Shown in pieces: positions 29,669 through 39,774 of a stretch of 64,000 nt of DNA (its first letter is position 1; each line of letters begins with the position of its first letter). The notes beneath the pieces are model-generated. The model was not told the origin of the DNA. It worked only from the letters and a program-made list of their open reading frames with translations, and did no database searches. The stretch is taken from NCBI GenBank assembly GCA_025999395.1, contig AP024682.1, forward strand, positions 367,487-431,486, in the 5' to 3' direction. Source of the stretch: Candidatus Parcubacteria bacterium. GTDB taxonomy: Bacteria; Patescibacteriota; Minisyncoccia; UBA6257; JAGOQP01. The position numbers were made by a program, and so were the translations under genes.

Positions 29669-30898
29669 ATGCTTGATATTGAACTTATTCGCCAAAATTC
29701 TCAAAAAATAAAGGATATGATGATTGCTCGCAATCTTTCTGTCGAGATAGTCGATAAGTTTCTTTCTCTTGATGAAAGATGGAGAACTTTGGTAAACCAA
29801 TTGGATCAAGCTCGAGCTCTTCAAAAAAGACTTTCGGAAGAAAAAAAAATTGAAGAAGCTAAGAAGAATAAAGAGTTAATCAAAGAAAAAGAAGAAGAAT
29901 TATCAAAATTAGAAGAAGAAAGATTTAATCTTCTTTTAGAAATTCCTAATATTCCCTTTGATGATGTTCCTCGAGGAAAGGATGAATCGGAAAATGTAGT
30001 ATTGAGAGTGGTTGGGGAGATTCCTCAATTTAGTTTTACTCCCAAGGATCATTTAGATTTAGGGGAAGCTTTGGATATTATTGATACTAAAACTGCTTCT
30101 GAAGTAGCAGGAAGTCGCTTTGGTTATCTAAAAAAAGAAGCGGCTTTATTAGAAATTGCCTTAGTAAACTATGCCTTTGAAATTTTAACTAAAGAAGGCT
30201 TTGAACCTGTAATTCCTCCGGTTTTTATTAAACCGGAAGTTTATAAAAAAATGGGTCGTCTTTCAGAAAGTCAAAAGGAAGAAAGATATTATTTAGAAAA
30301 AGACGATCTTTACTTGGTAGGAAGTGCTGAACACACCTTAGGTCCTTTGGGAATGAATAAAGTTTTTTTGGAAGAAGAACTTCCTAAAAGATATGTTGGT
30401 TTTTCCACCTGTTTTAGAAGGGAGGCAGGAAGTTATGGGAAGGATGTAAAAGGAATTTTAAGGGTTCATCAATTTGATAAAGTGGAGATGTATTCTTTTG
30501 CTCATCCGGAAAAATCAGAAGAAGAACATCTTTTCCTTTTATCGATGCAGGAAAAGATTTTTCAAGGATTAAAAATCCCTTATCGAGTGGTGGCTATTTG
30601 CACCGGTGATATGGGGCCTACTGATGCTCGCCAGTTTGATATAGAAGCTTGGATGCCTTCTCAAAATAAGTACCGAGAAATAGCCTCTTGTTCTAATACT
30701 ACTGATTATCAAACAAGAGGAATCGGAGCAAAGGTAAAAACAAAAGACTCCACAAAATTAGTGCACGCTCTTAATGCCACCGCTATTGCTATTGGGAGAA
30801 CAATTATTGCTATTTTAGAGAATTTTCAACAGGAAGATGGAAAAGTCTTAGTTCCAGAAGCCCTTTGGAAATATACGGGTTTTCGAGTAATAGGATAG
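29669..30898 (+). CDS. serS: seryl-tRNA synthetase
   Basis: N-terminal coiled coil, class II motifs, FRREAGS, GDMGP. Confidence 0.93.
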   Translation: MLDIELIRQNSQKIKDMMIARNLSVEIVDKFLSLDERWRTLVNQLDQARALQKRLSEEKKIEEAKKNKELIKEKEEELSKLEEERFNLLLEIPNIPFDDVPRGKDESENVVLRVVGEIPQFSFTPKDHLDLGEALDIIDTKTASEVAGSRFGYLKKEAALLEIALVNYAFEILTKEGFEPVIPPVFIKPEVYKKMGRLSESQKEERYYLEKDDLYLVGSAEHTLGPLGMNKVFLEEELPKRYVGFSTCFRREAGSYGKDVKGILRVHQFDKVEMYSFAHPEKSEEEHLFLLSMQEKIFQGLKIPYRVVAICTGDMGPTDARQFDIEAWMPSQNKYREIASCSNTTDYQTRGIGAKVKTKDSTKLVHALNATAIAIGRTIIAILENFQQEDGKVLVPEALWKYTGFRVIG

Positions 30899-30926
30899 TT
30901 TAAAACCCTACCAAATCAAAAGAAAA

Positions 30927-31757
30927 TTGGATATGTTTGATTATTATCAGGAAAAGAAAAGAGAGGAAGTTATTAGAAAAAGAAGAAAGAAAAAATTTAT
31001 ATTAGCTTCTATTGTTTTTTTTCTTTTTTTAGGATTTTTGTTTTTTCTTTTTCATTCCAGTTTTTTTCAAATTAAAGCTTTAGAGGTTGAAGAAAAAGAC
31101 AATCATCAGCAGATAGCTGAAAAAAATTTAATCTCTGAAGTTTTTAGAGAAGAACTAAACAATCTTAGCTGGCCTTTAAACTGGATTTTTTCCAAAGATA
31201 ACCTCGTTCCTGTGCTTTTTAAAAAAGAAGTAATTATTGAAAAAGTTTTTCAATCTTTTCCTCTTTTTCGAGAAGTTGATTTAAAGGTTAATTTTTTCGA
31301 GAAAAAAGTTATTTTTCTGGTTAAAGAAAGAAATAAATTTGCTTTGTGGTGTAAAAAAACAAAAGAAGAATGCTTTTGGTTTGATGAAGAGGGAATTGCT
31401 TTTTTGGAGGCTCCCGTGGTAGAAGGAGAACTTATTTTCAAAGTTATTGATTATTCTGAAGGTGAAGTTAGAAAAGGGGAAAAAGTTCTTGCTGACAAAG
31501 ATTATTTAAAGAACTTAATCTCTGGTTTTGATTTTTTAAACAAAGCCGGCATTCCTTTGAGAACTTTGGAGTTAAAAGATTTAAGTTTAGCTGAGATTTC
31601 AACCCAAAAATTAAGTAATTTTCCTCAGATTCGTTTTAGTTTAAGGCATTCTCCCTTTTTTGCTTTGGAGGCAATTGAAAAAATAAGAAACATCTTTCCT
31701 CGACTTGAATATATAGATTTAACCGTTGAAAACAAAATATTTTACAAAGAGATATAG
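30927..31757 (+). CDS. FtsQ/DivIB-like cell division protein (TM + POTRA-like domain)
   Basis: Basic N-terminus, TM, then FtsQ-like pattern VDLKVNFFEKKVIFLVKERNKFALW...FDEEGIAF. Confidence 0.5.
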   Translation: MDMFDYYQEKKREEVIRKRRKKKFILASIVFFLFLGFLFFLFHSSFFQIKALEVEEKDNHQQIAEKNLISEVFREELNNLSWPLNWIFSKDNLVPVLFKKEVIIEKVFQSFPLFREVDLKVNFFEKKVIFLVKERNKFALWCKKTKEECFWFDEEGIAFLEAPVVEGELIFKVIDYSEGEVRKGEKVLADKDYLKNLISGFDFLNKAGIPLRTLELKDLSLAEISTQKLSNFPQIRFSLRHSPFFALEAIEKIRNIFPRLEYIDLTVENKIFYKEI

Positions 31758-31768
31758 TAAAGCTAAAT

Positions 31769-33682
31769 TTATTCTAGTTCTAGATAATAAACAAAGATCG
31801 ATGTTCCAACACGAGCAAACGGCTGGCTGTAGCGACTCAGCCAGCTATATTCATCTTCGGGTTTTCTTTGAAAACCTTTTGTTGGGCGGGCGGTTGCTCC
31901 CTGAAGAGAGTTGATAGAAATAGCTAACCATTTAATACCAAAGTCAGCAGGATTTCCTTTGGCTGATTGCCAACTTACCGCCCTATCTTTAAGGTAGTAA
32001 AAAATATCTCCTCCTCCAAAGTAATCAACAGCAATTTTTTCTATCCCGTTTTTTTCTACAAAGTTTTTTAAACGGAGAAGATCTTGTCCCCAGTCATAAT
32101 TTGAATCAGTAACAAAGCGATAGCCATTTTTTACCCCTCCTCCAATTTGATTAAAATAAGAAATAAAGTAGGGAGTAGCTACGACCGTTTCTATTAATGC
32201 CCATACAAGCAAAAATAGAATAATCCCTATTTTTAGATGTTTAGAAGTAATTTTTTGAATTTCTTGCCTTAAATTAATTTTCGCTTCGTTTTTCTTATCA
32301 ACCCATTTTTTTAGAGATCCTGTTGCCAAAATGTAGATAAAGGGAATAGTGGGGAGAATGTGACGAAAACCAATGTTAAGAGGGCTGTTAATGCTATAAA
32401 GCCAATAAAAGATAACCATTACTAACATTGAAAATTCAGCGAAATTCATCATTAAATATTCTCTCAAAGAATTAAGATGACGAATCTTTTTGATAAATAT
32501 TCTACCTAGTCCCAAAATTATTCCTAAGAGAGTAATTATTAAAGCCGGCAAGCTTTCTTTAAGAAGAAAAACAACCGGGAAATAATACCACCAGCCTCCA
32601 CCACTAATTTCTCCCAAAAAGTAAGCAGTATTTCCCCCAGCTGATCTTTGCATTACCATCAATATTCCTAAAAGATAATGTCCCAAAGCCCTAAGAACAG
32701 GTACTTTAGCCATCCAAATATCTAAGTTAGCCAAACATCTTAAAGAGAGAGATTTGAGTTGACAACTTTTCCATTCTTTATCGGGGCCACCGGCAAAAGA
32801 ACTTAAGATAAACTCGGTGTCGGCTTGTTGTTTGGAAGCCGGGTAATTTAAGGTAAAGATGAAATAAACTAGCCAAACAACTGCTAATCCTATCAAAAAG
32901 ATAATTACTAAAGACTTTAGATAACTAATTAAAAAAGAAAAGGAATTTTTTGATTTTAAAAGGATATTTTTTTCCTTACAAGAAATAATCCAATGAATAA
33001 TCGTCAGAAAAAGAAAGAGCGGAACCAAAAGAATAACCGAAAATTTCATCAATTGAGCAATTCCAAAAAAGATTCCGGCCAGAATAGTGTTTTTGGGGGT
33101 AGGGGAGTTTAATTGCTTGTTAAAGAAGTAAAGTCCAATAAAAAAACCCAAAGTAGCTCCTACATCTGTAGTTACATAGTGACCGTGAGCCAAAAAGTGA
33201 GGAGAAAAAGCAACTAAAAAGGCGGGAATTTGAGCCCACCATTTTCCAAAAAGCTTTCTTGACCACCAGTAAACAAAGACAACAAGAGTAATCGTAAGAA
33301 AAATAGGAAAGATTCTTGCTAGAAAAATGATCTCATCGGCTTTGTTTTCATTAAGCCAATAGATAAATTGATTACCTACTGCCCATTGCCCATTTACTTC
33401 TTTTGTCCAAATTTCTTGATTGAGAGGAAAATTTAGTTTTTTAAAAACCAAAGGAATAGCCGCTAAAACCTTTACTAAGGGTGGATGTTCGGGATTAAGC
33501 CGATAATCAAAAAATCGAAGGTAGCTGTAAGCAGCAGGAATATGGGCTAATTCATCCATAATAGCTGCTTCTTGAGAAGCGGAAAGAACCATTAAAAAAG
33601 TTGAAGATAAAATTATTAAGCTTAATAGAAGCCAAGAAAAAAAGCTCGAAATTTTGTTTTTTAAGTGATTAATTTGATCCAT
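31769..33682 (-). CDS. GT-C fold glycosyltransferase (GT39/PMT_2/ArnT-like), polytopic membrane protein
   Basis: Many TM helices; first-loop DE motif AIMDELAHIPAAYSY; large size. Confidence 0.75.
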   Translation of the reverse strand: MDQINHLKNKISSFFSWLLLSLIILSSTFLMVLSASQEAAIMDELAHIPAAYSYLRFFDYRLNPEHPPLVKVLAAIPLVFKKLNFPLNQEIWTKEVNGQWAVGNQFIYWLNENKADEIIFLARIFPIFLTITLVVFVYWWSRKLFGKWWAQIPAFLVAFSPHFLAHGHYVTTDVGATLGFFIGLYFFNKQLNSPTPKNTILAGIFFGIAQLMKFSVILLVPLFLFLTIIHWIISCKEKNILLKSKNSFSFLISYLKSLVIIFLIGLAVVWLVYFIFTLNYPASKQQADTEFILSSFAGGPDKEWKSCQLKSLSLRCLANLDIWMAKVPVLRALGHYLLGILMVMQRSAGGNTAYFLGEISGGGWWYYFPVVFLLKESLPALIITLLGIILGLGRIFIKKIRHLNSLREYLMMNFAEFSMLVMVIFYWLYSINSPLNIGFRHILPTIPFIYILATGSLKKWVDKKNEAKINLRQEIQKITSKHLKIGIILFLLVWALIETVVATPYFISYFNQIGGGVKNGYRFVTDSNYDWGQDLLRLKNFVEKNGIEKIAVDYFGGGDIFYYLKDRAVSWQSAKGNPADFGIKWLAISINSLQGATARPTKGFQRKPEDEYSWLSRYSQPFARVGTSIFVYYLELE

Positions 33683-33765
33683 TTTTTTATTTTTAAAGTT
33701 AATCTTTCTATATTATAATATAAGTTAAGAGTTATTTGAATTCCTTTGCTTTTTAAAAGAAAAAA

Positions 33766-34170
33766 ATGATAAAATCCAAGTATTTTTGGACTCAGCACGC
33801 TCTCCGGAAAATGAAATTTTATCAACTTTCTGAGAGTCGAGTTCGGCGAGTAATCAAAAGCCCCTTAAGAATAGAGGAGGGGATTGCTTATGGAACCATT
33901 GCGGTGATGCAGCCATCAAGTTATAAGGTGAGAAATAATCAAAAAACTTGGAGTCAGGAAATTTGGGTAATGTATCAAATTGCTAGTCCAAAACCATCGA
34001 TAGATAAAAAAAGTAAAGAAAAAGGGAAAGGACAATCAAAAATTGTTTCTTCGGGTGATAAACTAATAAAGATAATTTCTGCTTGGCGGTATCCGGGAAA
34101 AACTAATCCCGGAAGGAAACTACCTCCCGAAGTAATAAATGAAATTGAAGAAGCCCTAAATAGCTTGTAG
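33766..34170 (+). CDS. hypothetical protein with DUF4258-like N-terminal motif (tentative)
   Basis: TQHALRKMKFYQLSESRVRRVIKSP resembles DUF4258 H-A-x-x-R-M...I-S...V signature. Confidence 0.35.
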   Translation: MIKSKYFWTQHALRKMKFYQLSESRVRRVIKSPLRIEEGIAYGTIAVMQPSSYKVRNNQKTWSQEIWVMYQIASPKPSIDKKSKEKGKGQSKIVSSGDKLIKIISAWRYPGKTNPGRKLPPEVINEIEEALNSL

Positions 34171-34214
34171 TTTTGAAATATTGAAGAAATTAAAAAATGT
34201 GATATAATTTAAAA

Positions 34215-35411
34215 ATGTCATCAAAAGTTAGTAAAGAAGAAATTGAAGAGATTTTAGAAAGGGGAGTGGCAGAGGTGATTGATAAGGAAGATTTAAGAAA
34301 AAGGCTTTTGGGAAGAAGCAAGTTGAGAGTGAAATTAGGTATTGATCCAACAAGCCCTAATATCCATTTGGGAAGGGCGGTTTCTCTTTTAAAATTAAGA
34401 GATTTTCAAAGATTAGGGCATAAAATTATTTTTATTATCGGTGATTTTACCGGGGTAATTGGTGACACTTCTGATAAAGAAAGCGAAAGGCCGATGCTGG
34501 ATGAAAAAACAGTTAAAGCTAATTTAAAGACTTATATTCAGCAAGTTTCAAAAATTTTGGATATCAAAAAAGTTGAAATAAAATACAATTCCTCTTGGCT
34601 TTCTAAGTTAACTTATAAGGAAATTGCTTATCAAGCCAATCTTTTTTCTCTTTCGGATTTTATTGACAGGGAAAACATTAAAAGAAGATTAATAGAAGGG
34701 AAACGCGTTTCTTTAAGAGAAGTCCTTTATCCCTTAATGCAAGCTTATGATAGCGTAATGGTAAAAGCGGATGTGGAGGTTGGAGGAACGGATCAAAAAT
34801 TTAATCTTTTGGCGGGTAGAGAAATGCAGCGGTATTATAAACAAAGGCCTCAAAATATTTTGATGGTCAATCTTATCGAAGGAACAGACGGACGCAAGAT
34901 GAGTTCGAGTTGGGGCAATACTATCAATATTAATGATAAACCGAACGATATGTTTGGCAAAGTAATGAGAATTGATGATGATTTAATTATTAAATATTTT
35001 ATTCACTGCACCCGAGTTCCTTTGAAAGAGGTTCACGATTATGAGAGACAACTCAAGCAAGGAATTAATCCAAGAAATATTAAAATGATTTTAGCCTACG
35101 AAATTACAAAGCTTTATTGGGGAGAAGAAGAAGCAGAAAAAGCTCGAAACTTTTTTATTTCTGCTTTTCAAAAAAAAGAAGCTCCCTTATCAGGGATTAA
35201 AACCTTAAAAGCAAAGAAAGGGACTACTTTTTTTGAGGTGTTATTAGCTAGCGGCTTTTTTAAAAGCAAGAGCGAATTAGCGCGACTTTTCAAGCAAGGA
35301 GCGGTTAAAACAATTGAGCCTCGATTAAGAATTGTTAACTTTCAGGATTTAGCGGTTGAAAGTGTAGTGAAAGTAGGGAAAAAGATCTTTTTCCGAGTTG
35401 AAATAGTTTAG
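34215..35411 (+). CDS. tyrS: tyrosyl-tRNA synthetase
   Basis: HIGH-type motif PNIHLGR, KMSSS, C-terminal S4-like domain. Confidence 0.9.
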   Translation: MSSKVSKEEIEEILERGVAEVIDKEDLRKRLLGRSKLRVKLGIDPTSPNIHLGRAVSLLKLRDFQRLGHKIIFIIGDFTGVIGDTSDKESERPMLDEKTVKANLKTYIQQVSKILDIKKVEIKYNSSWLSKLTYKEIAYQANLFSLSDFIDRENIKRRLIEGKRVSLREVLYPLMQAYDSVMVKADVEVGGTDQKFNLLAGREMQRYYKQRPQNILMVNLIEGTDGRKMSSSWGNTININDKPNDMFGKVMRIDDDLIIKYFIHCTRVPLKEVHDYERQLKQGINPRNIKMILAYEITKLYWGEEEAEKARNFFISAFQKKEAPLSGIKTLKAKKGTTFFEVLLASGFFKSKSELARLFKQGAVKTIEPRLRIVNFQDLAVESVVKVGKKIFFRVEIV

Positions 35412-35434
35412 TTTTCTTTTCTTTTTAAGAAAAG

Positions 35435-35605
35435 ATGAAAAGCTATTTTTTGAGATTAAAGATTTTTTTAAAAGAGAGAAAAAAAGAAATACTTCTTATT
35501 ATTTTGGCTTTTTTAATAATTGCTTTGGCTTTTGCTTTGGGCTATTTAACCGGAAGGGATTTTTTGGAAAAAACTCCTATTATTATCAATAAATATTCTT
35601 GTTAA
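35435..35605 (+). CDS. putative 56-aa single-TM peptide (not in ORF track)
   Basis: Hand translation MKSYFLRLKIFLKERKKEILLIILAFLIIALAFALGYLTGRDFLEKTPIIINKYSC. Confidence 0.25.
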   Translation: MKSYFLRLKIFLKERKKEILLIILAFLIIALAFALGYLTGRDFLEKTPIIINKYSC

Positions 35606-35644
35606 AGGTTTAAAGGGGGAGAGAGAGAAAGTTTAAATTTACTC

Positions 35645-36427
35645 TTACTCTAAGTAGCCTATTTGTTTTAACCAGTATTCATTTTCCCATTCCCAAAGTT
35701 TTTTGGCTCCTAAGAAAGCTTGATAATCGCTTTTCCAATAAGGAAATTCTTTTAGTTCTATTTCTCCCACTAACTCACTCCATTCATGTTGACAAGCTTC
35801 TGATTTGGTTTTGATGTTTTTATCGTTTGGATCCCAAGCAAGACGAATTTTTTCTCTCCCTCCTTTAGGGCGTAAAGTAGCTCCACATTTAAGACATTTC
35901 TTGTGTTGATCGACTCTTAAAATCCAACGGGTTTGAAGATTGGGAAAATCTTTTTCTAAGGCTGCCATATAAGCGGAAGTTTGAAGATTATAGTCTCGAT
36001 AAATAGATTGGGAAGTTTTAATATCCAAAACTCCGAATTTCCCGTTAATTAAAGCTAAAGCATCAAGAGTTCCCGCGTAGCGCTCTTCAAAATTAATTAT
36101 TCTTTTTTCTACTTGTTCAGGGTCTACTTGAATGCGATTTTGTTCAATAAAATTTAGAAAAGCTTCAATGGCTGGTTTAATAGATTCATCAATAGTAGGG
36201 GATTTACCTGTCAAAATTCCTTCTATAGTTTCGTGAATAAGCGTTCCCTCGGAGGCAGATTTAGCTTTAATATCTTCTCCCTCAGCAAAAGAGTTCATTT
36301 CAGCATAAAACTTATAAAGGGCGGGTTTAGCTTTAATTTCAACGATTTTAGTTACTCGCGGATACCAGACTCCATCTATTTCGTAGCCGGCAACCTCTTT
36401 AAAGTGTTTGACATCAAAATAGTTCAT
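35645..36427 (-). CDS. PD-(D/E)XK nuclease, RecB/Cas4-like (stand-alone)
   Basis: Motifs GTLIHETIE, GTLDAL, VLDIKTS (D-x-K), QTSAYMAAL (QxxxY); Cys cluster CLKCG...C.H. Confidence 0.65.
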   Translation of the reverse strand: MNYFDVKHFKEVAGYEIDGVWYPRVTKIVEIKAKPALYKFYAEMNSFAEGEDIKAKSASEGTLIHETIEGILTGKSPTIDESIKPAIEAFLNFIEQNRIQVDPEQVEKRIINFEERYAGTLDALALINGKFGVLDIKTSQSIYRDYNLQTSAYMAALEKDFPNLQTRWILRVDQHKKCLKCGATLRPKGGREKIRLAWDPNDKNIKTKSEACQHEWSELVGEIELKEFPYWKSDYQAFLGAKKLWEWENEYWLKQIGYLE

Positions 36428-36615
36428 AAGAGTAGATTAAAGGATATTTACTAAAGACTCTGAGGATAGTTTAAAATAGAACCTTAAATAAGTAAAGTTT
36501 TCGCATAAAAAGCATAGTGTTTCAAGCCGGGGAAGAGTAGAAAAAGATTTAATAAAGTGTCGCACAATATACCTTTTATGATATATTATTATTGATTGAG
36601 ACTAAGATAAGGTTT

Positions 36616-36918
36616 TTATTTAAATAGATTAAGAAGCCAATTAAAGATATCGATTAAGATATTAAAAAGAGCTATAAAAAGATTGATGATCAGCTTAAAA
36701 ACAGACAAAAGAAAGTCAACCAATTCCTTACCTATCTTAGTAGAATTAATAAAGAAAAATATCTTCTTAAAGAAAGAAACAATCAAAGAAAAGAGCTCAA
36801 CTAATTTTTCCCATAGATCCTTTTCTTTCAGAAAGTTGACTATAGAGCCCAAGCTCTCTCCCCATTTTTCCAGATTAAAAAGGCTATTTAAATCTGGTTG
36901 TTGAGATGGAAAAGACAT
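36616..36918 (-). CDS. hypothetical small protein with very hydrophobic C-terminal half
   Basis: ORF only; overlapping + strand ORF 36683..36904 also possible; uncertain. Confidence 0.25.
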   Translation of the reverse strand: MSFPSQQPDLNSLFNLEKWGESLGSIVNFLKEKDLWEKLVELFSLIVSFFKKIFFFINSTKIGKELVDFLLSVFKLIINLFIALFNILIDIFNWLLNLFK

Positions 36919-36952
36919 ATCTTTTTAATTATAGCAAATTTTAATAATGAGA

Positions 36953-38233
36953 TTAGAGTGCCAGATAGTTACGAGGATTAATATCACCGCCATAAGGCAT
37001 TTTAGGACCACAGGATTTACTGTTATCAATTCTGAAGGTAGAAGAATCATAAACAGTGAAGTGAAGATGAGGACCGGTAGCATAACCAGTGCTCCCCACA
37101 TAGCCAATAATTTGTCCTCTTTCTACTTTTTCTCCTTCTTTAACAACATACAAAGAAAGATGGGCATACAAAGTGGTAAGGCCAGAATAATGACGAATGG
37201 CTACATACTTTCCGTAAGCGCCTTTATAGCAATATCGATCTTGATTTTCTGCAGCTACTACTATTCCCTCTTGAGCAGCATAAACTGGAGTTCCCAAAGG
37301 GGCGGCAAAGTCTAATCCGTTATGCCATTTTCCTCGGTAAGCTCTTTGAGCAAATTTTGTTGCGCCATAATCTTGGGTAATAGAAGAAAAAGTAGCTAAA
37401 GGTAAGCTTAAAAATCCCGGTGCTTGTTGAGGAAGATTTTTGTAATTAATTTGAGTTCTTAATTGAGCCTCCATTTTTTCTATTTCTAAAGCAATGGCTA
37501 ATTGTCTTTCTTCTAATTCTTTAAGGTAGGCTTGGTAAATTTTTTCCTTATTTTTGGTTTCTTCTAAAAATTTTGCTTTTTCTTTTCTTATTTCGTCAGC
37601 AATGATTTTCTTGTTTTTTAAATTCTGATGTTCAATTTCTTTTTGAGTTTTAATGGCAGCGGTTTTTTCTAAGATCGAGTTAAGATTGTCTTTTGCTTGT
37701 TTTAGCTCGTTAATACTTATTAAAATGTTGCTATTAATGTCATAAAGAGATTGGACATCTGAAATCCCTTCAGAGAGAGTTTTGTTTCTTAAAAAAATAA
37801 GAAGAAGGTTATCTTCTTCTTTTTGTTGTAGTTGTCTTAAAACTTCTCCTAAAGCTTTTCCTTTAAGTTCGATTTCTTTTTCTGCCTGACTAATGTCTTT
37901 CTGCAAAGAATCCATTTCCAATTCTAATTTTTCAAGAGTAACTTGACTGGAATAAATATTAAGCTCAATTTCTTTTAAATCAGCATTTATCTTTTTTAAC
38001 TCTGACGAAAGAGTATTTTTTTGAAGTTGGGTTTCTTCTATCTTTTTTCTTTGTTCTAAAATCTCTCTATTGATTTTTTGAAGCTCTAAGGTTTTGGCAT
38101 CTATTTGAGCCTTCAAATTTTCTTTATTGGCTACTTCAGCTAAACCAAAATTGATAGGAAAAATTATTTGATTTAGCAAAAAGATGATAAATACAAAAAA
38201 ACTTGTTGTTGCTGAAAGGTAAGAATTTTTCAT
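36953..38233 (-). CDS. M23 (LytM) family peptidase with N-terminal signal/TM and long coiled coil (EnvC-like)
   Basis: HNGLDFAAPLGTPVYAA, YGKYVAIRHYSGLTTLYAHLS, GSTGYATGPHLHF. Confidence 0.85.
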   Translation of the reverse strand: MKNSYLSATTSFFVFIIFLLNQIIFPINFGLAEVANKENLKAQIDAKTLELQKINREILEQRKKIEETQLQKNTLSSELKKINADLKEIELNIYSSQVTLEKLELEMDSLQKDISQAEKEIELKGKALGEVLRQLQQKEEDNLLLIFLRNKTLSEGISDVQSLYDINSNILISINELKQAKDNLNSILEKTAAIKTQKEIEHQNLKNKKIIADEIRKEKAKFLEETKNKEKIYQAYLKELEERQLAIALEIEKMEAQLRTQINYKNLPQQAPGFLSLPLATFSSITQDYGATKFAQRAYRGKWHNGLDFAAPLGTPVYAAQEGIVVAAENQDRYCYKGAYGKYVAIRHYSGLTTLYAHLSLYVVKEGEKVERGQIIGYVGSTGYATGPHLHFTVYDSSTFRIDNSKSCGPKMPYGGDINPRNYLAL

Positions 38234-38265
38234 GAAACCAATATTTTTTCAGGAAGTTTCTTGAT

Positions 38266-39723
38266 TTAAAGAAGTTCGGAAGCTTTCTTAATGGCAGCCT
38301 CGATTCTTGAGAGCGTTTCTTTTTTTCCTAAAACCCACATAATTTCAAATGGTCCGGGAGAGCTTTTTCGTCCGGAAAGGGCAACTCTTAAGGGCCAAAG
38401 CGACTCCCCTCTTCCTAAAGTTTCTGCTAAAGGCATTATTTCTTTTTCTAATTTACTGATTTCAAAATCTTTTTCGTCTATTTTGTTGATAGCGTCATAA
38501 AGATTTTTAAGATTAAGAACCACTTTATTAAGGGACATTCCTTGCCATCTTAAAGTTTCTACTTCCCACTCCCCTATTTCAAAGAAAAATTCGGCTAATT
38601 CTTTAAATTCAGAAAGTTTTTTCATTCGATCTCTTTCTACCACCACTGCTTTTTTCAAAATTTCTTCTTTTTCTAACCACGCAGCGGGAACAAAATTTTT
38701 AATTCTTTCAACTAATGTTTCTAAAGGAAGATTTTTAATATACTGAGCATTAAACCAATCCAACTTTTCTACACTAAAAACTGCTCCACTTTTTTGAATT
38801 CTTTTAAGATTAAAAAGTTTTATCATTTCTTCCAAACTGAGAATTTCCTGATCGTTTTCTGGGTGCCATCCTAGTAGCACCAGAAAGTTTAAAATTGCTT
38901 CAGGAAGATAACCTTCTTTTAGATATTCAACAAAAGATGTTTCCATTTTTCTTTTGGAAAGTTTGCTTCTGTCGGGAGCTAAAATTAGAGGTAAATGAGC
39001 GTATTTGGGAATTTCGAAATTAAGGGCCTTTTGAATGATAATCTGACGAGGAGTGTTGGAAATATGATCTTCTCCTCTGATTACATGAGTAATTTTCATT
39101 AAACTATCATCAATTGCATTCGCTAAAAGAAAAAGAGGGGTTTCTTCATCTTTAGCGATTACAAAATCCCCGATAATCTCTGAGCTAACGGTAATTTTTC
39201 CTCTGATTAAGTCGTTAAATTCGATGGTGGTAGAAGTTGGGGCAATTATTCGAATTACCCCCTTTTGACCGCTTTTTATTTTTTCCTCGACTTCTTTTTG
39301 AGTAAGATGGCGGCACTTTCCACTGTATTTAGGGGCAATACCAGCTGCTAACATTGCTTTTCTTTCCTCCTCTAATTCTTGTGGAGAGCAAAAACACCAA
39401 TAGGCTTTTTTTTCGTCTAAAAGTTTTTTAATGTATTCTCGATAAATTTCTTTTCTCTCGCTTTGACGATAAGGGCCATAAGGGCCTCCAATATCAGGTC
39501 CTTCGTCCCAGCTAATTCCTAAGGTTTTAAGGCCTTCTATGATGTCTTTTTCGTAAATTGGCAGCGATCTCTCGGTATCAGTATCTTCTATTCTAAGGAT
39601 AAATATTCCCTTTTCTTTTTTAGCAAAAAGATAGTTAAAAAGGGCGGTTCTAATAGTCCCTAAATGTAAATAACCAGTCGGAGAAGGAGCGATTCTTACT
39701 CTTGGAGCGGTATTTTCCGTCAT
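38266..39723 (-). CDS. gltX: glutamyl-tRNA synthetase
   Basis: RIAPSPTGYLHLGT (HIGH), KLSKRK (KMSKS). Confidence 0.92.
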   Translation of the reverse strand: MTENTAPRVRIAPSPTGYLHLGTIRTALFNYLFAKKEKGIFILRIEDTDTERSLPIYEKDIIEGLKTLGISWDEGPDIGGPYGPYRQSERKEIYREYIKKLLDEKKAYWCFCSPQELEEERKAMLAAGIAPKYSGKCRHLTQKEVEEKIKSGQKGVIRIIAPTSTTIEFNDLIRGKITVSSEIIGDFVIAKDEETPLFLLANAIDDSLMKITHVIRGEDHISNTPRQIIIQKALNFEIPKYAHLPLILAPDRSKLSKRKMETSFVEYLKEGYLPEAILNFLVLLGWHPENDQEILSLEEMIKLFNLKRIQKSGAVFSVEKLDWFNAQYIKNLPLETLVERIKNFVPAAWLEKEEILKKAVVVERDRMKKLSEFKELAEFFFEIGEWEVETLRWQGMSLNKVVLNLKNLYDAINKIDEKDFEISKLEKEIMPLAETLGRGESLWPLRVALSGRKSSPGPFEIMWVLGKKETLSRIEAAIKKASELL

Positions 39724-39774
39724 TTTTCCATAATATCACAAAAATCGCCTAATTTAAAGAGCTTTGGCTAATTT

